64,000 nt of DNA from Hyphochytrium catenoides. Its lineage: Eukaryota > Protista > Hyphochytriomycota. Below the pieces are notes generated by a model that worked only from the letters and a program-made list of their open reading frames with translations, was not told the DNA's origin and made no database searches. The position numbers and the translations under genes were made by a program. The DNA lies in contig FLMG01004374.1 in assembly GCA_900088475.1 (NCBI GenBank), forward strand, positions 62,001-126,000. The letters run 5' to 3'. Positions 36,162 to 47,759 of the stretch are shown here, piece by piece. The first letter of the stretch is position 1; every line of letters starts with the position of its first letter.

Positions 36162-38172
36162 ATGGTGACCAGCATCAAGGGCGTATTGCTTGACATGGAC
36201 GGCGTACTCGCTGAAGTGTCAGGTTCTTACAGAAGAAGCATAATAGAGACTGCAAAGAGCTTTGGCGTCGAGGTATGTCTAGAGGCATAAGGGGTTTTGC
36301 CAAGCTTTGGAATTTAACCTTGTAGTAGGTCACACATTCCCAGATTGAAATTGCAAAGGCCAATGGCAACGCTAACAATGATTGGGTAAGCCAATGGTGG
36401 AGATTCATCTCTGCCTTAGAACTAACGTTTGACTTCGACGCGGGTAGGTCCTTACTCAGCGCCTTCTGCACCAAGCCGGGCTAAAAGTTTCTCTTGAGGA
36501 CGTGACTCAGACTTTCGAAGACATCTATCAAGGTTTCGTCGCTGTACTGAATACCAAATATGCAGAGCTTGAGTGCTCTCTTGTCCACGCTTCGAGCTCA
36601 CCGGTAAATTTGCGATAGGAACCCCTTCCACTCCCGGTCTCTGGGCAACGGAGACTCTGATTCCGGCTTTTGGGCTACTTGAAGAGGTCGCCCGGCGGGT
36701 CAATGGAAATGTCGCTGTTGTGACCGGAAGGCCCAGAAAGGATTGTCAGAAGTTTCTTGAGCATTTCGGGTAAGAGTGTACGCCAGGCGGCATCGTAGGT
36801 ACCATGCACTTGTCCTAACATGCCCTACATGTACATAGGCTGGAAAAGATCATTAAAGTAGCTACGTGTATGGAGGATGGGCTTCCCAAACCCCATCCAG
36901 ATATAGTTCTGCTGGCTTGCAAGAAGTTAGGGTTGGATCCTTCTGAAACCGTAAGCTAGACAAAAGTACGTTGCCCTCCAGTGTGTTATTCGTTAACATG
37001 ATTAGCCATTCAGATTCTGGTGGGCGACACGGTCGATGATATCGCTGCTGCCATTGCTGCTGGATCTGTACCGGTCGCAGTGACCACTGTCGACGCAGAG
37101 GCCAAGGCCTTTCTGAGTGGTACGTCATACCTTCAATGGAGAGTGAGGCTTCACAACTCTTATTGGCTTGCTTAGGTACTTCTAGCGCTCTAGGTCAGGT
37201 TCTAATGTCCGCTGGAGCTTCTAGGCTTATTAAGGCCGGACTTGGCGAACTTTTAGGTTGGTAGACCCGTTCCTCGCTTCATTTTTACGATTCACTTACG
37301 TTTCAATGGTCCGTACAGATATCATTCCTTCCCCAGCTGCCTCATCAGCTCCATCGTTACGAAGTATCCATAACCCCAATGAAAGTCAAAGCAAGCACGG
37401 CAGAAGGGCATCTGTAAGCAGGGCGACAGCAGAGACATCCATAGCTGTAGACTTGAACCTTGACGGCAGCGGCACTTCGAAGGTTATCTATTCTTTAGTG
37501 AGCTTCATTGTAATGGGACTGACAATCGTATCTACAGATATCAACCGGCATCGGTTTCTTAGATCATATGTTGACGGCACTGGCCAAGCATAGCCGCATG
37601 GACCTTCAGCTCACCTGCAAGGGCGATCTACATATTGATGATCACCATACCGCAGAAGATTGCGGCATAGCACTGGGAGAAGCGTTTGACAAGGCAAGAA
37701 GCCAGGTTCTTCTTCCTAACGCAATAATCTAATCCTAACATAGGCTCTCGGGACAAGAAAGAGCATTGCAAGATGGGGTTCGGCGCTTTGTCCGCTGGAT
37801 GAGGCATTGTCTAGAGCTGTTGTCGACATCTCAAGCCGTCCGTGGTGCGAGGTAGAGCTAAGCCTTAAGCGGGAGAGAGTAGGGGACATATCTTCCGAGA
37901 TGCTTTCCCATGTGATACACTCCTTCGTAACAGCGGCACGGATCACAGTTCATGTGGACGTGCTACGTGGCAAGAATGACCACCACAAGGTCTAGTCCTT
38001 ACGCTGCTCGCTTACTCATAGTCCGTTCCATTGCTGACGCCCCGCTTTGGCTCATCTGTGCACTTTATCACAGGCAGAAAGTGCTTTTAAAGCTCTCGCA
38101 GTGGCGATCCGAGAGGCGATTGCTTTGGACTCCAGCGCAGGCATACCAAGTACTAAGGGCGTTCTAGCATAA
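36162..38172 (+). CDS. HIS3: Bifunctional HAD-superfamily phosphatase + imidazoleglycerol-phosphate dehydratase (histidine biosynthesis), multi-exon
   Basis: HAD motifs [19 protein letters not shown] and [12 protein letters not shown] motifs [54 protein letters not shown]|AESAFKA and PSTKGVLA*. Confidence 0.96.
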
Positions 38173-38210
38173 ATAATTTATATTGCTTAGTGAAGCACTG
38201 TAAAAAGATA

Positions 38211-39190
38211 TCACTTGGGCTTAAAGTGGGTGCGAAAAGGCCCATACTTTCCCGTTGTCTGCACAGCCATGTTAAGCTCGCTAAAGTGAGAAGATAGACT
38301 GCCAGAGCGCACTCTTACCTCCTCGCGAAACTCGTGCTCCTTAATGGTCTTCCCACCATCCCACAAACCATGTTGGTCACGGGTAGCTTTAATCCTGGCA
38401 TTGATCACTCCAGCGGGGTTGCACGACGAGGGTACATGTGTGACGAAATCCTAGGTACTAAATATGAGCCAGACTAGCAAAATCATTTGCCTCATTGCTG
38501 CTTCATACCGGCTTCCCATCTTTTTTGGGATCGTAGTTATGCACTGAGAAGTCTGTGGGGACGACATCTTGATGAAATCCGCCCTGGTAAAAATCACGTA
38601 AGTTTCTCTCGGTTGAAGTACCCCTTAAGGACTGCTGGGTACCTGCGCTCTTGCCGCCCCAATTCGCAGCTGCTGATTGTTTGGTAAGTGAAGGTTCGTT
38701 GTGAACTCTTCGTCAACTTCGCGACTTTCATCTCGAGACCGAAACTCATACTCGCTGGTGCATAGTGGTTACGAGAAGTTCTCAATTTCCCAACTGCTTC
38801 ACTTACCTCGGAGGTGCGTAAGGTTGTTTCAGCTGCGGACTCTCCCTTGCTGCCTGCATTTTCATATCAATAACTGTCGACTGCCGGAAGTAAGTATGGA
38901 AATAGGCAGGGTCTTCAGTGTTAGGTTGGAGGATCCGATTTCGCTCTTCGTTGTGTTGCCCTACATACATCTAGAAGCCGAGAGCTGTAACTAATTATCA
39001 TACAGTTAGTAAGCCGCGTCCACTGACTGACCTCATGAGTGAAATTCGAGACACTTTCAAGCTCTTTTTGAAAGTTATTGAACTTGGACTGAGCCGCAAA
39101 GCCAAATCTTGGTGGGCCCTGGTCATGGTGGGTTCCCACTTCATCGGCTAGGGTGTGCGAGTTAATCTCATACTCTGCACGAGTGGACAT
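38211..39190 (-). CDS. Hypothetical ~200-aa protein with three short [HY]x[FY]...FxT repeats (possible ciliary microtubule-inner protein), about 7 exons
   Basis: A continuous frame across GT-AG introns gives MSTRAEYEINSH...PYAPPSEYEFRSRDESREVDEEFTTN...FSVHNYDPKKDGKPDFVTH...IKEHEFREE|TTGKYGPFRTHFKPK*. One donor choice (near 38963) was picked to keep the frame open. Confidence 0.6.
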
Positions 39191-40343
39191 CGCTTTCGCC
39201 AAAACGCCTCCGATGAAACAGATCTTGAGCTTTGCATGCACATGCAACGTGCGTGGTTCCTCGAGGTTACCAAGAAATAGCGTCTTTGCAGCTATGCGGT
39301 TCCAGAGGAGACAATGGTAGGTAGGCAAGCTCAAGAAGAAGCGTGATGAGTTCTCAGTGCCGCTGCAGACCGGCGGACGAACAACAAGAGATTTGGCGTT
39401 ACATCCCGTCAATCATCCTATCATCCTATGTTGAACCAGCCACATGACCCCCTGGAGTAAACCTACAGAAAGCCCCCAGGTTTTTTTACCTCATGCTCTT
39501 CCTCCGCAGGTTATCCGCTAACGCCAGTCCCAGCCTTCGTTAAAAGTTTGCGCGTAGCTGAACAGACATCGGAACATCATCGCACAAACCTCTTCTGACA
39601 CACATAGAACTCCTTATATTTCAAGTTCTACTCCATTGCTGTACGGGCTTTCGAATCTGATCCCTCTCCTGCTCTTGCCTTTCACCACCACCTAGAGGCC
39701 TTTTACAGGGAATTTTCTGCTATCGGCGAATGGTGTTCAAGATTCATCCAAAGAAGTTTTGTGTCGGAGTAATAATAATAATATCGAATGAGACAAAGCT
39801 ACGTAGGACTTTAGCTAGAAGACTACTCCGTAGTAGTATTCGACCATAGCCCAAGGTGCATTCTACCTCTGTGTTCTGTGAGATTCTTTGTAGAGAAGCT
39901 ACGCTGATGCAGTAGTACTCGTAGTTGTTGCCCTTGGAACGATCTCTGTACGTGTTGTACGGACAGTACCGGGCACAGACATCAGACATCAGCAGCATCA
40001 CAACTCGAGCATCATCGGTCGCTGCTGGGGAGATCGATGACAATGCGGCTGACGACACTGCTGCACCAACACTATCCTCCTCCTGCATTTGACACGACTC
40101 GGCCAACCGTCTGGTGCTCATGGAAGGTTGGAGCAAAGGTGTATAAGTCTTAGGCTGGCTATCGAAGAAGGCTTTCTGTTACCTCTACGAAGCGTATAAG
40201 GCAGCCGTCAGGCGCAAAAGCTTGATTGAAGGCTGTCTCACTCCGATAGTTTCCCCTTGCACGCAGATTAGCACTTCTCGACAGAAGTAGTTCACCGAGA
40301 CCCTTGCTACGAGGAGGGACCCTTCCGCAATTGGGGCTTCGTC

Positions 40344-43300
40344 ATGAAGCCGCCTCGCGTCCACCGGCGGACCGAGGGTAAGTGCGGAGAATAAGAACAG
40401 AGTATATACTCGCAAATTACTAATTTAGATCGTGCCTCATCCGTTATCAAGATCGGACGGCGGACGTATGGACAGCTGCTCAAAAGAATGATGTTGACGG
40501 TCTGGAGTACCTGCTTACGGACGGAGAAGTCGATGCTAATGAGAGGAACAGCGTCGGGCTTACTCCATTGCACTTTGCTGGTACTGGACTCTGTCTTAGG
40601 GCTCACTTCATCCGCCTGCTTGTACTCACTAGCGTCGTACTCCCTCCAGCAAGCCGGGCCCATGCTGAGGCGTGTGAGGTGCTTATTGCTCATGGCGCTG
40701 ACGTCAATGCCAAGGATTGGGTGCGTAGAACGTTTACGATTATCCCTCACAGGTACTGATGAGTGCATGCATCTTGGTTTACAGGAGTCATGCTGGACCC
40801 CTCTGCATATGGCACTTTACCATGGGCACTTAAAAGGTTAGCCATAATGCCGAGGTGCACTATTCTGCAGCCTATTCTTATGCTTCCTTTAGTCTCCCTA
40901 TTGCTCATTCGGCACGGCTCTGTGTTGGACAACAATCATGACAGAAGCGGACAGCCTAAGAGAAACGCTGCTGATGTCCGGGATAAAGAAGGGCTCAGTC
41001 CGCTGGACCTCGTATCAGTGAAGCTTCGACATTGGTTGGCCCAATCGCGCCTTTGCGATGAGGGTGGAGATGTATTCACTTTTGGGAAGGTGGACTATCA
41101 GGTATAACCCTGGACTGTGAACCTATTATGATAGCGGGTGTTAACCCACAGCTTCTTTGCAGCTAGGCTACTTCTTGCCCAAAGCCGACGTCCAGTCTGT
41201 CCCCAAGCGGGTAAAGGCGCTAGCAGATGTGGATATTATCAAGATTAGCGCTGGAAGGTACCATTCTATGGCCCTGAGCAAGACTGGTAAGGAACAAGAG
41301 GAGGAAAAGAATTACGACACCTGGCAGTTTTCTCTCACCATTGGCCACGTCAGGTCAAGTCTACGCCTGGGGGTTTGGGCGAGGCGGTAGGCTTGGTCTT
41401 GGTTCAGAGCTAAAGTAAGTATATAAGGACATAGACAAGGTTTTTGATTTCTCGCTGACTTAGACTCGTCGCTATTGCCAGTGTGCTGGAACCACGTTTG
41501 GTGGGAGCGCTTGTTAGTAAGCGAGTGGTAGATGTGTCAGCAGGAGAGAACCATACTTTGGCGGTGACTGGCGAAGGAGAGCTGTACTCATGGGGTTCAG
41601 ACCGCCATGGCCAGGTGGGTTTGAAGCGTCGAGGTTTTAACCGTCTGGGCTCTCGCAACTGACCCTACCGTCTAGCTCGGCACAGGAAATTCCGGCCTGA
41701 ATGCGAGGTCCGTGCCAAGAAGGATAGATAACCTGCTTCGGATTCCAATAGCAACAGCAGTTGCCGCCTCGACTCACTCGGTCGCTATTACCGTGGGCGG
41801 AGATGTCTACACTTGGGGCTCTAACAAGAGTGGTCAGCTAGGGCATAAGGTGAAGACAGTCGCCTGAGATAGTGGCAAATTGTCTTTTGGAGGGAGGGAA
41901 GAGCTGGCAAGTAGAAAGTCAGGAGCGATAGGGCGTGAGTTAGGGGCAGCTGTAATCTTGACAGGTAATGGTTTGACCAAGCTAAATGCTTTCTTGTTAT
42001 AGGAAGGTGTCGGCAGCAATCACCTTTTTCCTGTGCCTAGAAAGCTGGAATCTCTGCACAGCGGGAGAAGGGACTCTGCCCTGACAGCGTTTAGAGTGGC
42101 ACTCAGAGCAGCAGCGGGGCCTTTCCATACTTGCGTTATTGTAACTGCTGTCGACCGCTGGGGCCCTCAGGATTCAGTGGATGCTGGCGACGTGTTCCAG
42201 TGGGGCCATGGCTCACCTGTACCGTCCAAAGTGTTGTTTCAGAAACCTTCGGAGCTAACTGCTCCATCCGCTGTCTGGCAATCAAAGAAGTCACCGAATG
42301 TGTTGATATCAAGGGTAAGACAATAAACAAGTACGTTTTGATTAGGTGTCCTCCGTGTGACTTGCTAACAAATTATCGGGTAGGTTGCTTGTGCGAAGCA
42401 TCATTCCATGGCTCTGTCAGCTGATGGGAGCGTCTTTACTTGGGGAGCTGGTGGTGACGTGTTGGGGTTAGGAAGCGGTCAGGAGACACATACCGGAACT
42501 CCCCAGCTAGTTCACTCTCTCCTTCCGCACGGAAAGGTAGTCTCCATTGCTGCAGCGCAGAACCACTGCGCTGTGGTGACTGAAAACGGCGATCTGTAAG
42601 TTCACTAGCCATCCTCAATGAGACATTTCGCAAGTGGTGACTCGTCTTAATTGCAAATAGAGTTGGCAAACGGTGTGGGGAAGTGGGAATGACATTGGTA
42701 GAGTGTCATGACTTGACAGCTTTTCTGCTTATCTTCAAAGAGATTCTCAGGACAACGTATTTCTGTCATTTGCTAAGGTTTACATGGGGTGCCGGGGATC
42801 ATGGGATGCTTGGTCATGGAAGCAAGAAGTGGCTACCAACTCCAAGGTGATTATAAGTCATCGTGCTTTACCAGCTCACTCTCTTTCCTACAACTAACAT
42901 TTTATTCGGCAACAATCCTCATCGACCATTGCCACACCAGGAAAGTGCATGCTATTAAACGGGCAGTGGACGTGGCCGCTGCTGTGGACCACACCATCGT
43001 TCTTCTCTCTTCGTCAAGGCCACCTCTTCCGCCCATCTTTCCTACTACTGAGTTGGTGCAGGGCAATGATGACATGAGGCCTACTAGTCTCTCGGGCCTT
43101 GAACGCAACGAGCAAGCGAATGAGTTAGGAGGAACCGAGGCACGAGTTCCCACTCTTAAGGCTCTTGCGGTTCTGGAGGCCGCTAGGGCTGCAGATCTTC
43201 GGTGCATCATCTACACCCTGGCATACGCGAATGCCTTTTACGCAATGGACTTGGTGAAGTATTGCGTGGTAAGGGATAGTAAGAGTGAAAGCGAAGCACC

Positions 43301-45202
43301 TGTGTTGCTCTCTGTATCTCCTAGTCTTTAGCCTCATTTCTACGTGTTCCCTTTTCTTTGAGTCTAGTTCTATACACAGTTCTAGTGTCTGACTTTGACC
43401 CGCTCGCCTTGCAGGAGTTCCTGCTAAGGAACCTAGATGCCGTATTGGTGATGAGCGGAGAGAAGGACTTGGCGCTGCTGGAAGAGCTTTCAGAAGAGGT
43501 GGAGGAGTTGGCGGTACATTCTGCATTACCGATAGACGGAGCAGGATGGGACGGCCCGGAGGAAGATACTGAGGCACCTATAGTGGACGATCGGTATCTT
43601 AGGGAGCTAAGCAAGAGCCTGAGGTCATCAAGGAAAAAACTACGACAGATTGAGCAGATTGAGGTAAGTAATTATTTAGACCGCATCGCTTATGTGGCCT
43701 CCTGTTCGTCAATTCCTCTTCCTCGCTGTATTAGGCGATTTGTGAGCGTATGATGACCCACTGACTTCTATTGTAGGCTGAGGCAAGGCATGCCATTGTG
43801 TTGACGGAAGAACAGAAGGAAAAGCTAAGTCGCCGTCAACATATTGAGGTAAATCATCTTGATAGCTGGCCTCAGCTAATTATCTGAAACAGATACCTTT
43901 TGCTTACAGGGGGAGATTGATAGCCTAGAGAAGCAGATGAGGGAACTATTTGCATCCTCTCTTGACGCTTTTTCAGACGGGGCTGTGACGTCCGCAAAAG
44001 AGCTTCTCGAACAAAAAAACAAGGGGAAACTGCAAACCCCTCAGCCGCGACGAAGGCGAACAAGCTCAATTTCTGACATGAAAAATTCTGAGGTCAGTTA
44101 CACACCAAAAGCCGTTCCTGACGGTAAGCCTCCGCTGGGGGCTGTGCGAGCTGAATCCCACGAAAACGATGTATTACCACCTGGTGATACTGAAGCTAAG
44201 GCCTCTGGCCATCCAAGGCGGCGGAGCAGTGGCTTCGAAGAAAGGACCAGGGCAGCGACCGAGTATACGAAGGCAGAAAAGACCTCGAGCAAAGAAAGTA
44301 ATGGTCCGCCTCTGAGCTCCGAGACTTTAATACAAACGCCCTGGAAAAGCGTTCAGCGTGACACCCCTCGACGCTATTCAGAACGCTTAGAGCGGGAACT
44401 GGAGGCCTCCAGGCCTCCACCTGTTGACTTTAGCACGGTCATGGCCAAAGAGGCAGAGAAGGTAAACAGGCATTCTCTCAGCCAACTGAGGCGCCCACAG
44501 GAAGTGGATCCCACTTCGGCGCCCGTGAATGAGTTATCAATGAGCCCAATGAAGGTGGACCTCGCCGCTTTGATCAATCCGAAGTTCAATAAGAAGTCTA
44601 AGCCTCCAGCTTGGACGAGCCCAGCTAAGCCTCCCGCTGCTTCAACAAGTTGCCTCCTTTCGATTCAGGTGGAGCAGGCACATTCCCAGAATAGAAGCTC
44701 TTACTCCCAGTCCAGTTGGGGTTACTACGAGCGGCGTAGTATGCCATTGAGTCTGCTACAGCAACAAGAGCAAGAGCGAGCGGACTACCTTCTCGCCCTC
44801 AAACTGGCAGAGGAAGAAGAGAGGATGGCAGCTGCGGCCACCATCCCAACCAGTCGATCTAGAGGACGAACGCGAGAATCCAAGAGAAAGACGAAGATAG
44901 ACGAGTCTAAACAGCTTCACGTAGAGTCGTCAGCTCCTTCAGCGATTCGTGCTGGTGAGGGAGAGTTAATCAAGTCCCGTCCCTCACGTGAGGGTGAAGG
45001 ACCGCGACGAAGGGAGAAGGGCGAAAGAAAAGATAGGAGGCAGGAGAGAAGAGGAGAGAACGTGGACAAACGAAGAGAGAGGCGAGAGCGCAAAGGTGAG
45101 AAGGTGCACGCGGAATCGGGACCTAGTGACAAAGGGAGCAAGTCTGCCAAATGGGTAAAAGCAGAGCGGACAGTAGAAGCGTCCCCTCCTGACATAGCTT
45201 AG
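40344..45202 (+). CDS. Ankyrin-repeat + RCC1-repeat protein (IBTK-like), multi-exon
   Basis: Ankyrin repeats (GLTPLHFA, HGADVNAKDW|ESCWTPLHMALYHGH, DKEGLSPLDL). RCC1 repeats (ISAGRYHSMALSKTG, VSAGENHTLAVTGEGELYSWGSDRHGQ, AAAGPFHTC, AAAQNHCAVVTENGDL). These are followed by a BACK-like segment, LRSSRKKLRQIEQIE and a long charged tail. The start at 40344 requires an AAG acceptor at 40451 and is less certain. Confidence 0.82.
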
Positions 45203-45286
45203 TCAAATCTTAAGAAGTAGGGTGCTATCCAAACATACAAAGACGGAGGACACTGTTCCTCTCTTTCGTTAGGGTCGCTAGCGGAT

Positions 45287-46633
45287 CTACCCCTGCCCAA
45301 AGAGACTGCGGGAGTCCTTCCCACTCCTGCCTGGTTGTTTTGGCAGTTCTGACGTAGTAGCTGGCCGTGAAGAGCTGGTTTTAGCCCCAGCAGCACTATT
45401 AGATTTCTGGGGTAGCATCATTGGCGTATTGATGACTGTATGCGAAGGATCCTTGGAAGCAGAAGTCCACGTTGGGGTTGCTCCAGGTTGCGCAGGAGGT
45501 GTCTGGATGGGGGTCTGCAGGACGAGTGTTGAGCGCCTCGAGTGATTCTTGGTCTTCGTTGGGAGCTTGTATCTATTTTCTGTCCTCCTTCGTGCGACAC
45601 GAATCGTCACTGCCACTACGCCAGCCACAAATATCAAAATCGCGGCAGCGCCAAGAACAAGGAGGTATAGAGGCATGTTTAAGTAGGGGACGTTCGTATT
45701 GGCAACCTCCTCAATCTTAGAGCCGGCGTTGGAACCCAAAGCCCCAGAGAATGTGGGGCTGGTGGTTGGGCTAGCGGTCGGACTTGCGGGACCGTTGACG
45801 TCAGACATTCCATACAGAGAGCGGATCGCCTGAACATCCTTTGCACTGAGTCCCTTCCTCTGCCCAATAACGCTTTGCTTGCTCTTATCTAGGGTGGTGA
45901 TGGAGTTCTTCTTTGTATCAATTGCGAAGGCCGTAGACCCATAGTGCATGACGGAGCCATAATCATAGTCGCCATAATAGTACGCGCCAGAGTTAACCTG
46001 GAAGTTGCTATAATAGTTGTCTTGAATATTCGACCGCTCCACGACGATGTAGTTGTCCCTGTCTGGCCGCGTGTGCTCGTGCCACAGGCCGAGAGCATGA
46101 CTAATCTCGTGGATCATGTTGCCTTCAGAGCACGTTGCATCTACACTGACAGGTTGGCCAGGGCCCAATCCCACACCGGCAGGGTCGTTGACGTACCAGC
46201 CGGCCTTGTAACCTATGTAGGACCAGCAGCCACTTTGCTTCTGGAAGTGCAAAAAGTCGACCTTCTTGGCTGGTCCGCAGTCCGCGCACTCAATAAACTT
46301 GACGTCAGTCATAAACGACACGTGGGCGATGGCAGAGCGGACAAGATTTCCGTTTACTTCTGGAGAAATTTTGTAGGGAACTGTAGCATTGGGCCACGTT
46401 GCCTGGGCAAGGCCAGCCCCTGCATTCATCCTGAGACCAGCTTGCTGGGTATAAGCAATATCACCCTCAATAAGCGTGACGGTACCCTTGCTTTCCTCTG
46501 TCTGGGATCCCTCACTCTCTGTCTGTGGGGAGGCAAAGAATCCATTGAATCGACGAAGATTAAGCTCAGCATCAGCTTCATCATCTTGGAGCTGACGATA
46601 CCAGCCGCGTAATCTCCGCATCCTTGCGTCCAA
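45287..46633 (-). CDS. Astacin-family (M12A) zinc metalloprotease with a C-terminal TM anchor; 5' end uncertain (may extend to ~46930)
   Basis: Prodomain IEGDI; WPNATVPY; GCWSYIG; HEISHALGLWHEHTRPDRD zinc motif (HExxHxxGxxH at 46079-46111); YDYGSVMHY Met-turn; IGQRKGLSAKDV; Ser/Thr/Pro stalk; TM LYLLVLGAAAILIFVAGVVAVTI; basic cytosolic tail. Confidence 0.93.
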   Translation of the reverse strand: MDARMRRLRGWYRQLQDDEADAELNLRRFNGFFASPQTESEGSQTEESKGTVTLIEGDIAYTQQAGLRMNAGAGLAQATWPNATVPYKISPEVNGNLVRSAIAHVSFMTDVKFIECADCGPAKKVDFLHFQKQSGCWSYIGYKAGWYVNDPAGVGLGPGQPVSVDATCSEGNMIHEISHALGLWHEHTRPDRDNYIVVERSNIQDNYYSNFQVNSGAYYYGDYDYGSVMHYGSTAFAIDTKKNSITTLDKSKQSVIGQRKGLSAKDVQAIRSLYGMSDVNGPASPTASPTTSPTFSGALGSNAGSKIEEVANTNVPYLNMPLYLLVLGAAAILIFVAGVVAVTIRVARRRTENRYKLPTKTKNHSRRSTLVLQTPIQTPPAQPGATPTWTSASKDPSHTVINTPMMLPQKSNSAAGAKTSSSRPATTSELPKQPGRSGKDSRSLFGQG

Positions 46634-47759
46634 GCACCAGAGTAACAGCGGAAACCGAGCTGCCTAGAATTTAGAGGGACATCCCAATACTGCTTCAATT
46701 CTCTTATATTGCTGAGCTGGGCAGCTTGAGCGCCGTTTTGGCACTGGAACTGAACGAGAGAGCTACAGTGGTCGCCATCAGCCGTGAGAGACTTGATACT
46801 CGGGTGCAGCTCTTCTTTCATTGTTCACGAGCTAGACCTCGACACAAGCACGCCCACCAGTCTGTACCGAGAGAGAAAGGCTTAGCTCTAGTTAGCCGTG
46901 TTATAGGCAGGCAACCTGTAGAGGGCCATCCTCCGCCAAAAAGGGCGAGATCAAAAGGGACAGAGGATAAGATGTCCTTCAAGAGCGGTAAGGAGGAGGA
47001 AAGAGGGACGATGGGCATCGTACAGCTTGGCCCCGGTGCACCATCCCTTTCCCCCTGTGTCGCATCTTCACAGCCCCTGGATCTTTAGGCTTTCTGCTGT
47101 CTTGTCCTCTCTCTTTCGCTTCTCAATGCGTTTTCTCCTGTCCTTACTTTCCTCTTCCTAGCTCACCTGTCAGCTCTCCGTGTACGAGTGGTTTCCACTG
47201 CCGCCTCCTCTCTGACTTTTCTCTGTCTCCCTGCATTCTGTCTCTGTCCTTAAGCCCTCCGACCCCTATCAGTCGTCTGGACTCTTCCTCTCTCTTCTTT
47301 CCAGTCCAAGGGCCGTTACATGCTTCTGACTTCTGATGATTCACTTCAACTCTGGCCCCCCTATTACTACAATCTAACAACATAGAAACGCTGTAAAGAA
47401 AACGTTATTACTACGTCATGTGGAGATCAGAAACTAGTAACCACTAGCTAGATCTCTTTTTCCTTGATTCTTGGTTTGATGCAGTTTGGAATAGCAGTTC
47501 CCGCGCCGCTGTTCCCGCCACCTTGCCGTTCTGTTATTATGCAGATTATTGCCTGTGACTACTGCGGTGATCTGAGTCTGTGCGCCGGGGATGACTGCTG
47601 AGAGGAGGGATTCATTGTGCTAATGATAGCAGTATACAAGCGCGCATGTAAGCTGCTGTAACGGGCTGGGTGAGCTATTAGATATGAAGATCTCAGTGGA
47701 GCCTAATGTCAATATCACCTCAATGGTACTAACAGTCTCGGATAGAAAGAGAGGGAGAA

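Noticed and set aside
39744-40136. 130-aa minus-strand ORF
   Set aside because: No recognisable family and no convincing exon structure; left uncalled.
45944-46612. 222-aa plus-strand ORF
   Set aside because: Antisense shadow of the astacin coding exon.
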